Source: a virus. From it: a stretch of 64,000 bases of DNA. The position numbers and the translations under genes are program-made. The notes below the pieces were generated by a model. It had not been told where the DNA came from. It worked only from the letters and a program-made list of their open reading frames with translations, and ran no database searches. Shown in pieces: positions 17,392-26,788 of this stretch; within the stretch, counting starts at the first letter, position 1, and each line of letters opens with the position of its first letter. Location: positions 32,001 to 96,000 of the IMG/VR virus record IMGVR_UViG_3300027804_000045. One strand, 5' to 3'.

Positions 17392-17707
17392 TTTGCACTA
17401 ATTTCAATATTATGTCAAGTTTTTCTTTAGCATCTTTCACAGCAGGATATTGACTAGCAAGTTGTTCTACTTTCTTTTCATATGCCATGCGCTTCTTAGC
17501 CCACTCTAATACTTCGCCTATCTGTGGATCACTGCGTAATTCAATAGTATTGTTTATTTTATACCATCTACCGTCATTATTGTTATCACAAACTTCAAAG
17601 CATTTGCTCAAGCCGTTCCAACGAACTTGACCGCTTGCGGCAGGTAGCGTGTAATCACGATCTACCTGCCATACTAACGGATACGTAGTTGATTCTATCT
17701 TTATCAC
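17381..17707 (-). CDS. hypothetical protein
   Basis: GQVRWNG...EWAKKRM..E...LA..YPAVKDA. Confidence 0.75.
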   Translation of the reverse strand: MIKIESTTYPLVWQVDRDYTLPAASGQVRWNGLSKCFEVCDNNNDGRWYKINNTIELRSDPQIGEVLEWAKKRMAYEKKVEQLASQYPAVKDAKEKLDIILKLVQNET

Positions 17708-18426
17708 TTGCTCTGTGCAGGCAATAGATAACGATAAGTTGCTAGACCACTATCAACAGTAATCTCAGCAGCGCCTTGATCACTGATGCGCACAGTCTTA
17801 CTACCTGGCAAGTCCATGATTGCTAGGAATACCTTGACAGGCCACTGCCATGCACGACCTAATGTGCCTTCTACGTCTGGATGAAACACAAAGTTTGCGC
17901 TATGTGTGCTTGCATCACCAAAGTAAATCTTTAGATCGCCCTTGTCAGTCTTTGTAGTGAAGTTGTTTTCTTCGCTGTTAGCACTAGCCTGCTTCTTCAA
18001 GCGCATGATGCCAGCAACAGTAGGCTCAAACTCAACGTTCCATGCTGCGCCCTTGAACTTGACATCCTTGACCTTCTCTTCAACGATAGCCTTAGCCATC
18101 AGTCGATAATCGTTGACGAAATCACCGACCTTAGTCTCAAAGTGAACGCTAGTCGCTACATCGTCTTTGTTGCGTGTGACGCTGATCTTTGCATGTTCAT
18201 CATAGTCATCAAAGCCCAAGATAGTCTTGAGTTTGCCTAGATTTGGCATACCAAACGTGCCGATAAAATCTGCTGATGGATTCTTGAATGTGCCTTCAAC
18301 GACAACGCTCTTATCTTCAGCGATTGCTGAAACAACAGTTGCCTTGTCTGTGCCATTGACCTTGATGAGTTCAATGACGCCTAGTCCATGTATATACTGA
18401 ATCAAGTCTTGTAAATTATCTTTCAT
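17704..18426 (-). CDS. DNA sliding clamp (gp45/PCNA-like)
   Basis: 240 aa alternating beta/alpha, ends YRYLLPA; next to PolB; clamp loader in window. Confidence 0.7.
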   Translation of the reverse strand: MKDNLQDLIQYIHGLGVIELIKVNGTDKATVVSAIAEDKSVVVEGTFKNPSADFIGTFGMPNLGKLKTILGFDDYDEHAKISVTRNKDDVATSVHFETKVGDFVNDYRLMAKAIVEEKVKDVKFKGAAWNVEFEPTVAGIMRLKKQASANSEENNFTTKTDKGDLKIYFGDASTHSANFVFHPDVEGTLGRAWQWPVKVFLAIMDLPGSKTVRISDQGAAEITVDSGLATYRYLLPAQSK

Positions 18427-18441
18427 GTTATCCTCTTGTTG

Positions 18442-18492
18442 TATTTAGGTCGTAACTATATGTAATATATAGGAATTTTTTGCGTGTGTCAA
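18442..18492 (-). promoter_or_regulatory. tandem sigma70 (TTGACA-17-TATATT) and late-type (CTAAATA) promoters
   Basis: Both motifs within the 73-bp gap upstream of the clamp gene. Confidence 0.65.
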
Positions 18493-18499
18493 ACATTTG

Positions 18500-21205
18500 T
18501 TATCCGAAACTAAACAAATCATCAAACGTGCTGTTAGTATCTGTGTTGGCTTTTAGATCCCATTTCAATACGCCAAGCAAGTTCTCAACTTTCTTGTCAA
18601 CCAATGTCGCTTCCATTGCTTGATCATCAAATGGTAACTCTTGAAACCATCTTGGAAGTCTAAGTTCATCGACAGGATATGCCACGCTAGTGAAGTTTAG
18701 TGGATTTGGCTTGAGTTTACAAACGATGACCTTCATGCCATCAAGTATTTTCATACTATAGTTGTCGCTATTGACTCTACGCAAGTAGTTCCAATTCAAT
18801 GCTGCGCGAACGTGACCGGGCATGTTTGCCTTGCCGGTCTTGCTATTACTCTCTAGATCACCATAGAACGTGAGTTTGTTCACACCTTTTGGACTGCCCT
18901 TCGTCCAACTATCTTGCTTGCCAAGTTCTACCTTGAACTCCTTGATACGCTCAATAACATCTTCTCTAGTTTTACCAGCGAGTACCATCTCAAGCACTTC
19001 AAACAAAAAGTCTTGAACATATCGTGGCGTGTCGGCACGTTTCAAGTCAAGACCCATAGCCTTGATCTTTCCTTGCTTGCCATCTTTGTCTAGTCTTTTG
19101 CCTTCTTTGTCAAAGATGTTGATAGCATAACGCTTCTTTGTGATGAACAGACTGCGATCACCAATCAATTCACGACCAGCCTTGATAACACACATCTTTC
19201 GTGGAACATGGAAAGCACGTTCACAGAAACTTGGGAAGGTATCGTTTGCCTGATCAGCGATGTTGTCATAGAGTTGGACACAGAGTTCCTTATTCCACTC
19301 CATATCACCATTCTGTATTTGCGAATTCAGAATGGGCCATGCGCTGAAATAACAACTGTCAGTATCGCCATATACAATCGCATCACCATAATAGTCATAT
19401 TTACCAGTGATAATCTCATTGATCTGCGCACTCATATGCTTGACGATCTGTCGCCCGCTTAGTGTCACGCTCTGACCAATACGCTTGTCATAGAAACGGC
19501 AATGTTCATTCAACAATGCACCATAAGCACTGTTCAACAAAATCTTACGCACTAACTGACGTTTATCCCAATACTCAATATCTTCCTTACTAGTAGATTC
19601 CTTGAGTTTCTTCTGCATAGTTTTACGATCACTATACCATTTAGTCAATAGACCGGGGATCACACCTTCACTATCTGATCTAAAGATCGTGCCGTTTGCC
19701 GATAAGATATATGGCTTGTTGCTGTCAAAGATTAGTTTCCATACTTCAGCGGCGCTCATCTCTACGCTCTCGCCACTCTCAAAGTCAAGTGTGAGCATAG
19801 TGCCACGTTCTTGATTCATCACGGCTTCGTATTCGAGGCTACCGAACTGACCTTCCCAAAGCAACGAACTCATCTCAAGTTCGTCATCTTCGTCGTATCT
19901 TGCCTTCTCGCTAGCAAGTTTACGTGCCTTGTCAGTCAAGTATTGTTCAGTCAATGTTTGACGCAATTGCCCGACGATTGTTTCAGGCGCCATGTTGAGT
20001 GTACGAATTGCTGATGGATATAGACTGTTGATGTCAACAGCACCTACCCATTCATGTATGCCTTTCTTTGGCACAGCAACATAAGCACCTGCTGCTGCCA
20101 TGTCACTATCGCTGCTATTCTTTTTCTTGTCAGGAACCATGAGTCCGCGCTCATGAGCTTCGTTCATCACAGCCATCTCAATCATTGCTACAGAGCCCAT
20201 GACAGTTGGCAACAATACAGTATTCTCATGCGCTAGCGCATTAGCAAGATCAAGGAACTTTAGTTTGTTGTGAATCTTCAAAAGCAACATCGTATCCTGA
20301 CGATTATACTGTATGAACGTCTTGAAGTCTTTGTTATATAGTTGGTCTAGTGTGCCTTCATATTGTGTCTTACGCTCACCAACTTCCATCTCACCGATAC
20401 TGTCGAGCGAATAACTATGACGACTTTCATAGTTGTACTTCTTATACAACTGTAGATAGTCCATGTGTACACGACCAACTAGATCATATGTCGTTTCAGT
20501 CTTACCATAACGCTCATATTCTCTTGGCTTTGGTGTTTGACCAAGCAAACAGAATTTGCGTGTATCATCTTTGCTCATCACTCTAGTCACACGATTTACC
20601 ATGTAGGGTATATCGTAACCTTCAGAGTTCCAGCCAGTGAGAATGTCAGCATCTTTGATTAGTTCAAAGAATGTCTCAAACATCTCTATTTCGCTACGAA
20701 ATAGAATTGTGTTCGGGAAGTCACTGACTAACTCTTGAGCCGTTTCATCACTCATATGCTTGGGGGGTATAGCAAGTGTCACAAGTGTATCTTGCCAGTC
20801 CAAATACACCGAGATAGCTGTCACCGGATTAAAAGGGTCACTAGTGGGGCTAAAACCCTTTTCCGGATCAAAATCTACCTCAATGTCAAAGAAACATGTA
20901 TGGAGTTTTGGAGGCTCACAGCCTAAGTAGTTTTCACTCAAACAGCGGAATATCACATTGATATCCGATTCATACAGTTTCTTATTGCTGTGGATACGTT
21001 TTTCTTTTTCAAACTCACTACGCTTGCGTGTGCTGAACCTCGACAATGGCTCGCCATAGATGCTGCGATACTTGCCTTTATTATCAGTATAATAGAAAGT
21101 ATAGTTGGCAGGAAACTCATTGTATGTGCGCTTGCCGTCAGGCTGGCGCTCTACAACAAATATCCTGTCAGTATCCCTATCGTGGATAGCGTCTACATAA
21201 CTCAT
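18500..21205 (-). CDS. family B DNA polymerase (gp43-like) with 3'-5' exonuclease
   Basis: FFDIE, WNSEGYD, YNRQD; DINSLYPS, KILLNSAYG, YGDTDS, KKRY. Confidence 0.97.
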   Translation of the reverse strand: MSYVDAIHDRDTDRIFVVERQPDGKRTYNEFPANYTFYYTDNKGKYRSIYGEPLSRFSTRKRSEFEKEKRIHSNKKLYESDINVIFRCLSENYLGCEPPKLHTCFFDIEVDFDPEKGFSPTSDPFNPVTAISVYLDWQDTLVTLAIPPKHMSDETAQELVSDFPNTILFRSEIEMFETFFELIKDADILTGWNSEGYDIPYMVNRVTRVMSKDDTRKFCLLGQTPKPREYERYGKTETTYDLVGRVHMDYLQLYKKYNYESRHSYSLDSIGEMEVGERKTQYEGTLDQLYNKDFKTFIQYNRQDTMLLLKIHNKLKFLDLANALAHENTVLLPTVMGSVAMIEMAVMNEAHERGLMVPDKKKNSSDSDMAAAGAYVAVPKKGIHEWVGAVDINSLYPSAIRTLNMAPETIVGQLRQTLTEQYLTDKARKLASEKARYDEDDELEMSSLLWEGQFGSLEYEAVMNQERGTMLTLDFESGESVEMSAAEVWKLIFDSNKPYILSANGTIFRSDSEGVIPGLLTKWYSDRKTMQKKLKESTSKEDIEYWDKRQLVRKILLNSAYGALLNEHCRFYDKRIGQSVTLSGRQIVKHMSAQINEIITGKYDYYGDAIVYGDTDSCYFSAWPILNSQIQNGDMEWNKELCVQLYDNIADQANDTFPSFCERAFHVPRKMCVIKAGRELIGDRSLFITKKRYAINIFDKEGKRLDKDGKQGKIKAMGLDLKRADTPRYVQDFLFEVLEMVLAGKTREDVIERIKEFKVELGKQDSWTKGSPKGVNKLTFYGDLESNSKTGKANMPGHVRAALNWNYLRRVNSDNYSMKILDGMKVIVCKLKPNPLNFTSVAYPVDELRLPRWFQELPFDDQAMEATLVDKKVENLLGVLKWDLKANTDTNSTFDDLFSFG

Positions 21206-21465
21206 TAGAGGGTCTTACCAACTGTCTCCAAGATAGTATTGAGTTCTTCGTTTTCTTTGTTAGTCTCACCTAAGCGGCTCTTGTGTGCGACCTTGATGGC
21301 CTTTTTGAGTACGCTTGGCTTGATTTCAAGTTCTTCTGCGATAGCCTTGATAGTGTCAGTCAAACCGCCGTTGAGTGTTTCGACTTCGTGCATCACAGCA
21401 AGACCTTCGTTGATCAATTGGGTCAACTTGATTTTTGCTTCGTTATTGAAAGTTCTTGTAGACAT
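21205..21465 (-). CDS. dsDNA-binding protein (T4 DsbA/GapR-like)
   Basis: Helical, IKAIAEELEIKPSVLKKAIKVAHK; TAGGAG RBS fixes start at MSTRTF. Confidence 0.6.
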   Translation of the reverse strand: MSTRTFNNEAKIKLTQLINEGLAVMHEVETLNGGLTDTIKAIAEELEIKPSVLKKAIKVAHKSRLGETNKENEELNTILETVGKTL

Positions 21466-21490
21466 ATAATCTCCTATAAAAAGTATATTG

Positions 21491-21519
21491 ATGATATAAT
21501 AAAATAAGTTGTAAGTCAA
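21491..21519 (-). promoter_or_regulatory. sigma70-type promoter for dsbA-polB
   Basis: TTGACT-17-TATCAT. Confidence 0.7.
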
Positions 21520-21522
21520 GTA

Positions 21523-22761
21523 TTATTTTTTTGTAAAGACCCAGAGGTCTTCATAGTTGCCACCGCGTGTCTTTTTTGCTTGTCTTGTGCCCGCGATAGC
21601 TGACCATTGAACTTTATAGTGATTGGTAAAGTCTAAATGCCGTGCTGCGATATCACGCATGTCCTCACTTATGGTCATTTTTACTTTATCTTTGTTTGTA
21701 TAATTACTGATGACGAATCCAAATTTAGCATCAGGCTTCATCACTTTAGCACATAGTTTCACTGTTTCTTCCCAATACATAATCAACCAACTATTATAGT
21801 CGGGAAAACTGTTCGCGCTTTGATTATCGCTAGGATACAATTCTAAATCAAAATAGGGCGGGCTAAACAATACGGCATCTACACTATTTTTATATTTGTT
21901 TATGAAATCATGCTTATCATCTAATTGCTCACTAGGGCAAAGATATAGATCAACGGTCTTTTCACCCTTTGTGAAAAGTTTTTTATCATGTTCCTTTTGT
22001 AATAATCTACCATTGTCAACGACATCAGGTATTACATCTGTAGCGATAAAATGCTTGAAGTCGCTGGCATAAAATGCTAACTGATAACTATTCCAGCCCA
22101 TGACGGGGGCAAATAATGTTTCACCGGTAAATACTTCTTTGAGTATTTCCTTATATGTACATGGATTGAATATGCTAGCACGATTAGCACCTATCATAAA
22201 GTCTAACCAAAACTGACCGCTATCACCATCATACTTACAGATATGATCAAAAAATGCAGGCCCTACTAGACTGTTTCGTAGTTTGAAATCTTCAAACATG
22301 ACACGCATCAAACCGAAAGTATATTCACTATCAGTAGTCCATAATTTCTTTGTGTTATAGAAATTGACAAAATTGATGTTCTTACAAATCTTGCCGTACT
22401 TACTATTTGTGCGACCAGAAAAAGTATCACCGTTCAATATGTTTGAATCGGGTAAATCTAAATAAAACTCTACAGGTTGTGGTAACTTACCATAACGATT
22501 ATACCAAGATAATAGTGTTTGTTTAGCATCTGTTACCAGTATCTTATATAAGTTTTGTTTATATAAGTTTAGCCGTTGCTTTCTATCATCCTTTTTGCTT
22601 ACACGATTTACGAATGTATCGAGGTCGCTACGGACTACAAAAGCGCCACTGCGATCCATTACATCTAATACACAAATTCTGTCACAGAATTCTTGATATC
22701 TGACACTGGGCAAGTTGAATTGTTGTAGGAAATCTTGCTCGGTAAAAAATAGGTTTTTCAT
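21523..22761 (-). CDS. amino-DNA methyltransferase (N4-C/N6-A type), divergent
   Basis: FSPPYFDLELY motif IV; FAPVMGWNS as degenerate motif I. Confidence 0.7.
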   Translation of the reverse strand: MKNLFFTEQDFLQQFNLPSVRYQEFCDRICVLDVMDRSGAFVVRSDLDTFVNRVSKKDDRKQRLNLYKQNLYKILVTDAKQTLLSWYNRYGKLPQPVEFYLDLPDSNILNGDTFSGRTNSKYGKICKNINFVNFYNTKKLWTTDSEYTFGLMRVMFEDFKLRNSLVGPAFFDHICKYDGDSGQFWLDFMIGANRASIFNPCTYKEILKEVFTGETLFAPVMGWNSYQLAFYASDFKHFIATDVIPDVVDNGRLLQKEHDKKLFTKGEKTVDLYLCPSEQLDDKHDFINKYKNSVDAVLFSPPYFDLELYPSDNQSANSFPDYNSWLIMYWEETVKLCAKVMKPDAKFGFVISNYTNKDKVKMTISEDMRDIAARHLDFTNHYKVQWSAIAGTRQAKKTRGGNYEDLWVFTKK

Positions 22762-22781
22762 AGTAACGTATTGAAGTAATT

Positions 22782-22810
22782 ATTATATACTCTGTTGTAA
22801 AAAAAGTCAA
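22782..22810 (-). promoter_or_regulatory. sigma70-type promoter
   Basis: TTGACT-17-TATAAT. Confidence 0.75.
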
Positions 22811-22851
22811 ACACTTTGTGTAAAGAAATTTATAGATTGGGTATTTGCCCA

Positions 22852-22858
22852 ATAAATA
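22852..22858 (+). promoter_or_regulatory. late-type promoter upstream of minimal dnaE
   Basis: ATAAATA 30 nt before the ATG. Confidence 0.45.
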
Positions 22859-22888
22859 TTTTTACTTAAGGCACATATAGGCTCAACA

Positions 22889-24568
22889 ATGGACACACGA
22901 TATAAAGAGTTGGAAACACTCATCAGTAAATTTATTAGGCGTTTACCCGACGGCAGTGAATACGAAAAGCGTTTAGAAGAAGAATTAGAACTTATAGCCA
23001 AATTAGGCTTCGCCAAACACTTCCTCCGTGTAGTAGAAATACTAGATATAACCAAAGACATACCACATATGACTCGCGGTAGTGCGGGCAGTAGTTTGCT
23101 ATGTTGGTTGCTTGGCATCAGTGATGTAGATCCTATCAAGGAAAACATACCACTGTCAAGATTTATGAATCCAAAACGTGATGACTTACCAGACATTGAT
23201 TTAGACTTCCCGCACTTTCAACAAGAAACGGTCATGAATCGTATATTTGATAAATGGAAAGGTCAGAGTGCCCGTGTTAGTAACTATGTAACCTACAAGG
23301 AAAAAAGTGCGTTACGTGAGGCAGCAAAACGTTTCGGTGCTAAAGGCAAACTCAAACGCAATTTCAAACTAGAAGAAGTCGTGCCAGAGTTTGTTGAAGA
23401 TGCTGAAAAACTAGCAAAGAAATTATTAGGTAAGAAACGCTGTATCAGCAAGCATTGCGGCGGCGTATTGATATTTGATAGACCAGTACCTAAAAGCCTC
23501 ATCAATGGCACTAATCAGATATTGCTTGACAAATATGAGATTGAAGATTTAGAACATTTCAAGATAGACATACTTGCCAATCGTGGACTATCGCAACTGT
23601 TTGAGATAGAGCCAAACATGAATTTATTAGACTATCCTGAATACGATGAAAAAACAGCAGAACTATTAGCGACTGGAAATGTGTTAGGTGTCACACAAGC
23701 AGAAAGTCCTGCTATGCGACGATTGCTAAAAGCGATAAAGCCTAAACGTAGAGAAGATTGTGTATTGGCTACGGCACTGATAAGACCAGTAGCGACACAA
23801 GGTCGTCGCAAAGCAAGTTTCTTCCGTGATTGGAGCAAGGACACATTTGATAATACGATAATATTTGAAGATGATGCTATCATACTCATCAGCCAGTTGT
23901 TAGGTTGTAGCCAATATGAGGCAGATATGTGGCGTCGTGCGTTCGCTAAAAAGAATGAAGAAAAGATTTATGAGTTCATGCAAAAGATTGGCGATCACGA
24001 ACACAAGACTGAGATATTCGCGGCACTACGTGAACTAAGCAATTTCGGACTATGCCGCGCACATGCTATCAATCTTGGACGATTGATATGGGCTATCGCT
24101 TATCAGAAAGCACACAACCCAGAGAAATTTTGGCGTGCTACATTGAAGCATTGTCAGGGAAGTTATAGCCGTTGGGTATATCATCATGAGGCTAAACTAG
24201 CCGGTGCATTCCCGGTCACATATCAAGGCAATGAAGTCAATGAATTATTATCACAAGGACACTGGCATAGCGATAAGTTCTTACCAGTATGTACCGAACT
24301 ACGTAGACCGGGTGAAGTAGAGTTTTGTGGACTTGTTGCTAACTATCGTGTATTCAAGAGTGCGCCCAAACAATATATAACGTTCGTGACTATTGGTACG
24401 GGTAATGGTAAGTATTTGGATGTGATATTAGATCGTGCTGTATCGTTTCACGACCAACCTATATTATGGGGCGTGGGTAAGTTAGGATATAAAAATAACA
24501 GCGAGTATGTCACAGTAAATAAGCACAAGAGACTAAAACTAAAGGACTTACTCAATGCTAACCGCTAA
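22889..24568 (+). CDS. dnaE: minimal family C DNA polymerase (DnaE-like, no PHP domain)
   Basis: RGSAGSSL, PDIDLDF, KHCGGV, KIDIL, QAESPAM, FGLCRAHA, C-terminal OB-like region. Confidence 0.88.
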   Translation: MDTRYKELETLISKFIRRLPDGSEYEKRLEEELELIAKLGFAKHFLRVVEILDITKDIPHMTRGSAGSSLLCWLLGISDVDPIKENIPLSRFMNPKRDDLPDIDLDFPHFQQETVMNRIFDKWKGQSARVSNYVTYKEKSALREAAKRFGAKGKLKRNFKLEEVVPEFVEDAEKLAKKLLGKKRCISKHCGGVLIFDRPVPKSLINGTNQILLDKYEIEDLEHFKIDILANRGLSQLFEIEPNMNLLDYPEYDEKTAELLATGNVLGVTQAESPAMRRLLKAIKPKRREDCVLATALIRPVATQGRRKASFFRDWSKDTFDNTIIFEDDAIILISQLLGCSQYEADMWRRAFAKKNEEKIYEFMQKIGDHEHKTEIFAALRELSNFGLCRAHAINLGRLIWAIAYQKAHNPEKFWRATLKHCQGSYSRWVYHHEAKLAGAFPVTYQGNEVNELLSQGHWHSDKFLPVCTELRRPGEVEFCGLVANYRVFKSAPKQYITFVTIGTGNGKYLDVILDRAVSFHDQPILWGVGKLGYKNNSEYVTVNKHKRLKLKDLLNANR

Positions 24569-24872
24569 AGCAAGATTACATATACAGAATCATAACGAAC
24601 CAAATGGTCGTGCTATCATAGTTGGTGAACGAGCCGCATTGAAAGCATTGGGCACAGCACTAACCAAAGCAAGCAATAGTGTGTTAGGCCTTGAGCAAGT
24701 TGAACTATACACAAGCGATGGACATAAGTACGAAATATTAGTGACTTGTGACGCAAGTGAAGAAGAGTGGCAAACATTGCCAGTACCTTATGATAAGAAA
24801 CATGACTTGAATGAATTACAAGTCGTAAAGATGTTGGATGAGATCAAGAATACTTCAACTTCAAAAAAGTAA
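24555..24872 (+). CDS. hypothetical protein coupled to dnaE
   Basis: Overlaps dnaE stop; AIIVGERAALKAL...YTSDGHKYEI. Confidence 0.7.
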   Translation: MLTAKARLHIQNHNEPNGRAIIVGERAALKALGTALTKASNSVLGLEQVELYTSDGHKYEILVTCDASEEEWQTLPVPYDKKHDLNELQVVKMLDEIKNTSTSKK

Positions 24873-25086
24873 AATCTTCATCTTTCATTGAAATAATAAT
24901 ATCGTGTTTGCTAGTTACTTTAATTTTAAATCCTTTACTCTCTAATAATTTAGCGATCTTACCGCGTAATACATTTGGTCTAGGGACATGCGGGTCCATT
25001 TCGATAAGTATGTTATGGATGTCTTTTTGCCAGTTATCCTGTATCCAATCAAACAACCATTTATTTTTGTCAAGGCTGACTAGCAT
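24844..25086 (-). CDS. hypothetical protein
   Basis: TAATG coupling; ends DFTFLKLKYS. Confidence 0.6.
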   Translation of the reverse strand: MLVSLDKNKWLFDWIQDNWQKDIHNILIEMDPHVPRPNVLRGKIAKLLESKGFKIKVTSKHDIIISMKDEDFTFLKLKYS

Positions 25087-25826
25087 TATTGAAATACTTG
25101 ACGATTTGCTTTTCCGTAAATCTTGATATACTTGCCAGCAAGCATATCAGCCATTGCTTCTATGGCACTGCCTGGATAACTGTCACCGTGATCAATCATG
25201 CCTAATTCAGTTTGACGCCAGTGTACGAGTTCGTGGAATACAGTACGTAGTATATCTACTAGATTGCGATTGGCTGCATATACCCAGACACTATCGCTAC
25301 CTTCAATATGGCGTCCGGTATGATGGCCTTGTTGTGCTTCTTCTGTATCGTAACTCAATTCTATCTTAGGTGGATTCTTTATCTTTAGTTTTTGTACGGC
25401 CCAATCTTTGAATTTTTCAACCTCTTTAGCTGTTTCATCCTCATCTTCACGTATAGGACGATTACTTAAATAATTTTTATAAAACCCTGTATCTAAACTT
25501 TTTGGTTTATTTGGTTTAAGTTTTTGCTTGTCTACTGTTCTTTTTATAGCCCATGCTTCTTTATCTTCTTTACCGCGCGGGACAAAGGCTGTATATTCAT
25601 AATCGTCTTTACTAGTTCCGGGGCCTTTTTTTACAGGTTTGGGGTTGAACCCTGCTTTAGGTGGTAGTTTACTACCAATGCCCTCACCACCACCGTCTCC
25701 GCCACCGGCGTCACCTTCACCACCATAGCCTCCATAATAGGCAAATCCTGGGAAGAAATAACGTCCCAACTTGGTTTTCTTTCTACGCTTCTTTTTGCGC
25801 TCTGTGATGAATTCTGTGGCTCGCAT
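25086..25826 (-). CDS. putative capsid-targeted zincin metallopeptidase
   Basis: MRATEFITE N-terminus; LRTVFHELVH..Q and GSAIEAMA third ligand. Confidence 0.75.
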   Translation of the reverse strand: MRATEFITERKKKRRKKTKLGRYFFPGFAYYGGYGGEGDAGGGDGGGEGIGSKLPPKAGFNPKPVKKGPGTSKDDYEYTAFVPRGKEDKEAWAIKRTVDKQKLKPNKPKSLDTGFYKNYLSNRPIREDEDETAKEVEKFKDWAVQKLKIKNPPKIELSYDTEEAQQGHHTGRHIEGSDSVWVYAANRNLVDILRTVFHELVHWRQTELGMIDHGDSYPGSAIEAMADMLAGKYIKIYGKANRQVFQ

Positions 25827-25831
25827 TAGAG

Positions 25832-25838
25832 TATTTAT
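25832..25838 (-). promoter_or_regulatory. late-type promoter 5 nt from ATG (leaderless)
   Basis: ATAAATA-ctcta-ATG, no RBS. Confidence 0.65.
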
Positions 25839-26005
25839 CGGGTTTTGTTGCCCACGCGCACATAAAATTTAGTTGGATTCTCTAGTGAACCTATAGCATT
25901 TGCTAGTTTTTTCGCTATATTATAGTCATAGGTGACTAATATGATACGCTCAGTATTAGTCACCATATACCTAATTGGCTGTAAAGGAAGAGCCAATGTT
26001 TGCAT
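25835..26005 (-). CDS. hypothetical protein
   Basis: TAATG-coupled small ORF MQTLALPL... Confidence 0.5.
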   Translation of the reverse strand: MQTLALPLQPIRYMVTNTERIILVTYDYNIAKKLANAIGSLENPTKFYVRVGNKTR

Positions 26006-26580
26006 TATTTTGCTAGTGGGTTTTCCCATGCTTTCTGTATCTTATCGTCTACTTTTCTTTCAAGTTCTTTTAGTTTCTGATCTGTTTCGCGTTCTATTGT
26101 ACGCAATCTTGCGTTCATGTCACGGTCTGTCACGCCCACAAATCCGCGAACTTCTTTATCAAGTTCACGATTACGTCTTTCAGCAGCATCTATGTCGGCT
26201 TGTAGACTGTCAATGTCGCCCTTTAGGTCTGTACGAACATCACGTATGATATCATTGCTTTCATCTACTAATACTACAGCATTGTCAATCTTCTGCTCTA
26301 GTTTAGTCATACGCTCTTGTATGCCACTCAAGTCTGGGGCAACATATTCTTGTATCTGTGTTTTCATGTCCATGTAGTCTTTATAGAATTCAAATGCTCC
26401 ATAAAGTCCACCTAACACTGTTGATACGATACCACCTGCGATCATCAATTTAGCAGGTGTGAAACTATAGCCACCAATACTGATGACTGTGTTTTCACTC
26501 ATGTACTGTTCTTTGGCGGCTTCTAATTCGTCTACTTTACTATCAATATCTTTATTTTCTGTTTCTTCAATTTTTGGCAT
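26005..26580 (-). CDS. single-TM coiled-coil protein ending ENPLAK
   Basis: TM IAGGIVSTVLGGLYGAF, long heptads; AGGAG RBS. Confidence 0.8.
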   Translation of the reverse strand: MPKIEETENKDIDSKVDELEAAKEQYMSENTVISIGGYSFTPAKLMIAGGIVSTVLGGLYGAFEFYKDYMDMKTQIQEYVAPDLSGIQERMTKLEQKIDNAVVLVDESNDIIRDVRTDLKGDIDSLQADIDAAERRNRELDKEVRGFVGVTDRDMNARLRTIERETDQKLKELERKVDDKIQKAWENPLAK

Positions 26581-26590
26581 TTTATATCTC

Positions 26591-26788
26591 CTAATCCCAA
26601 TAGCCTGTTTTAGTTTCTTCACGCCAGGCTTCTAATCTTGTGCGTATACTACTCGGGCTTGTTGGTACACCTAAATAGTTCATCACAACATAATTTTTAT
26701 ACTTTTTATATTCAGCTTGTTCTTCTTTAGTCATATCTTTAAATTCTTTAGATAATAAATATCCCATTCGTGTGTTTGTAGGTATCAT
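26591..26788 (-). CDS. hypothetical protein
   Basis: ATGA-coupled small ORF. Confidence 0.5.
   Translation of the reverse strand: MIPTNTRMGYLLSKEFKDMTKEEQAEYKKYKNYVVMNYLGVPTSPSSIRTRLEAWREETKTGYWD

Noticed and set aside
18500-21205. Intein or intron in PolB (long insert between motifs A and B)
   Set aside because: No C/S...HN splice motifs or LAGLIDADG; the frame is continuous.
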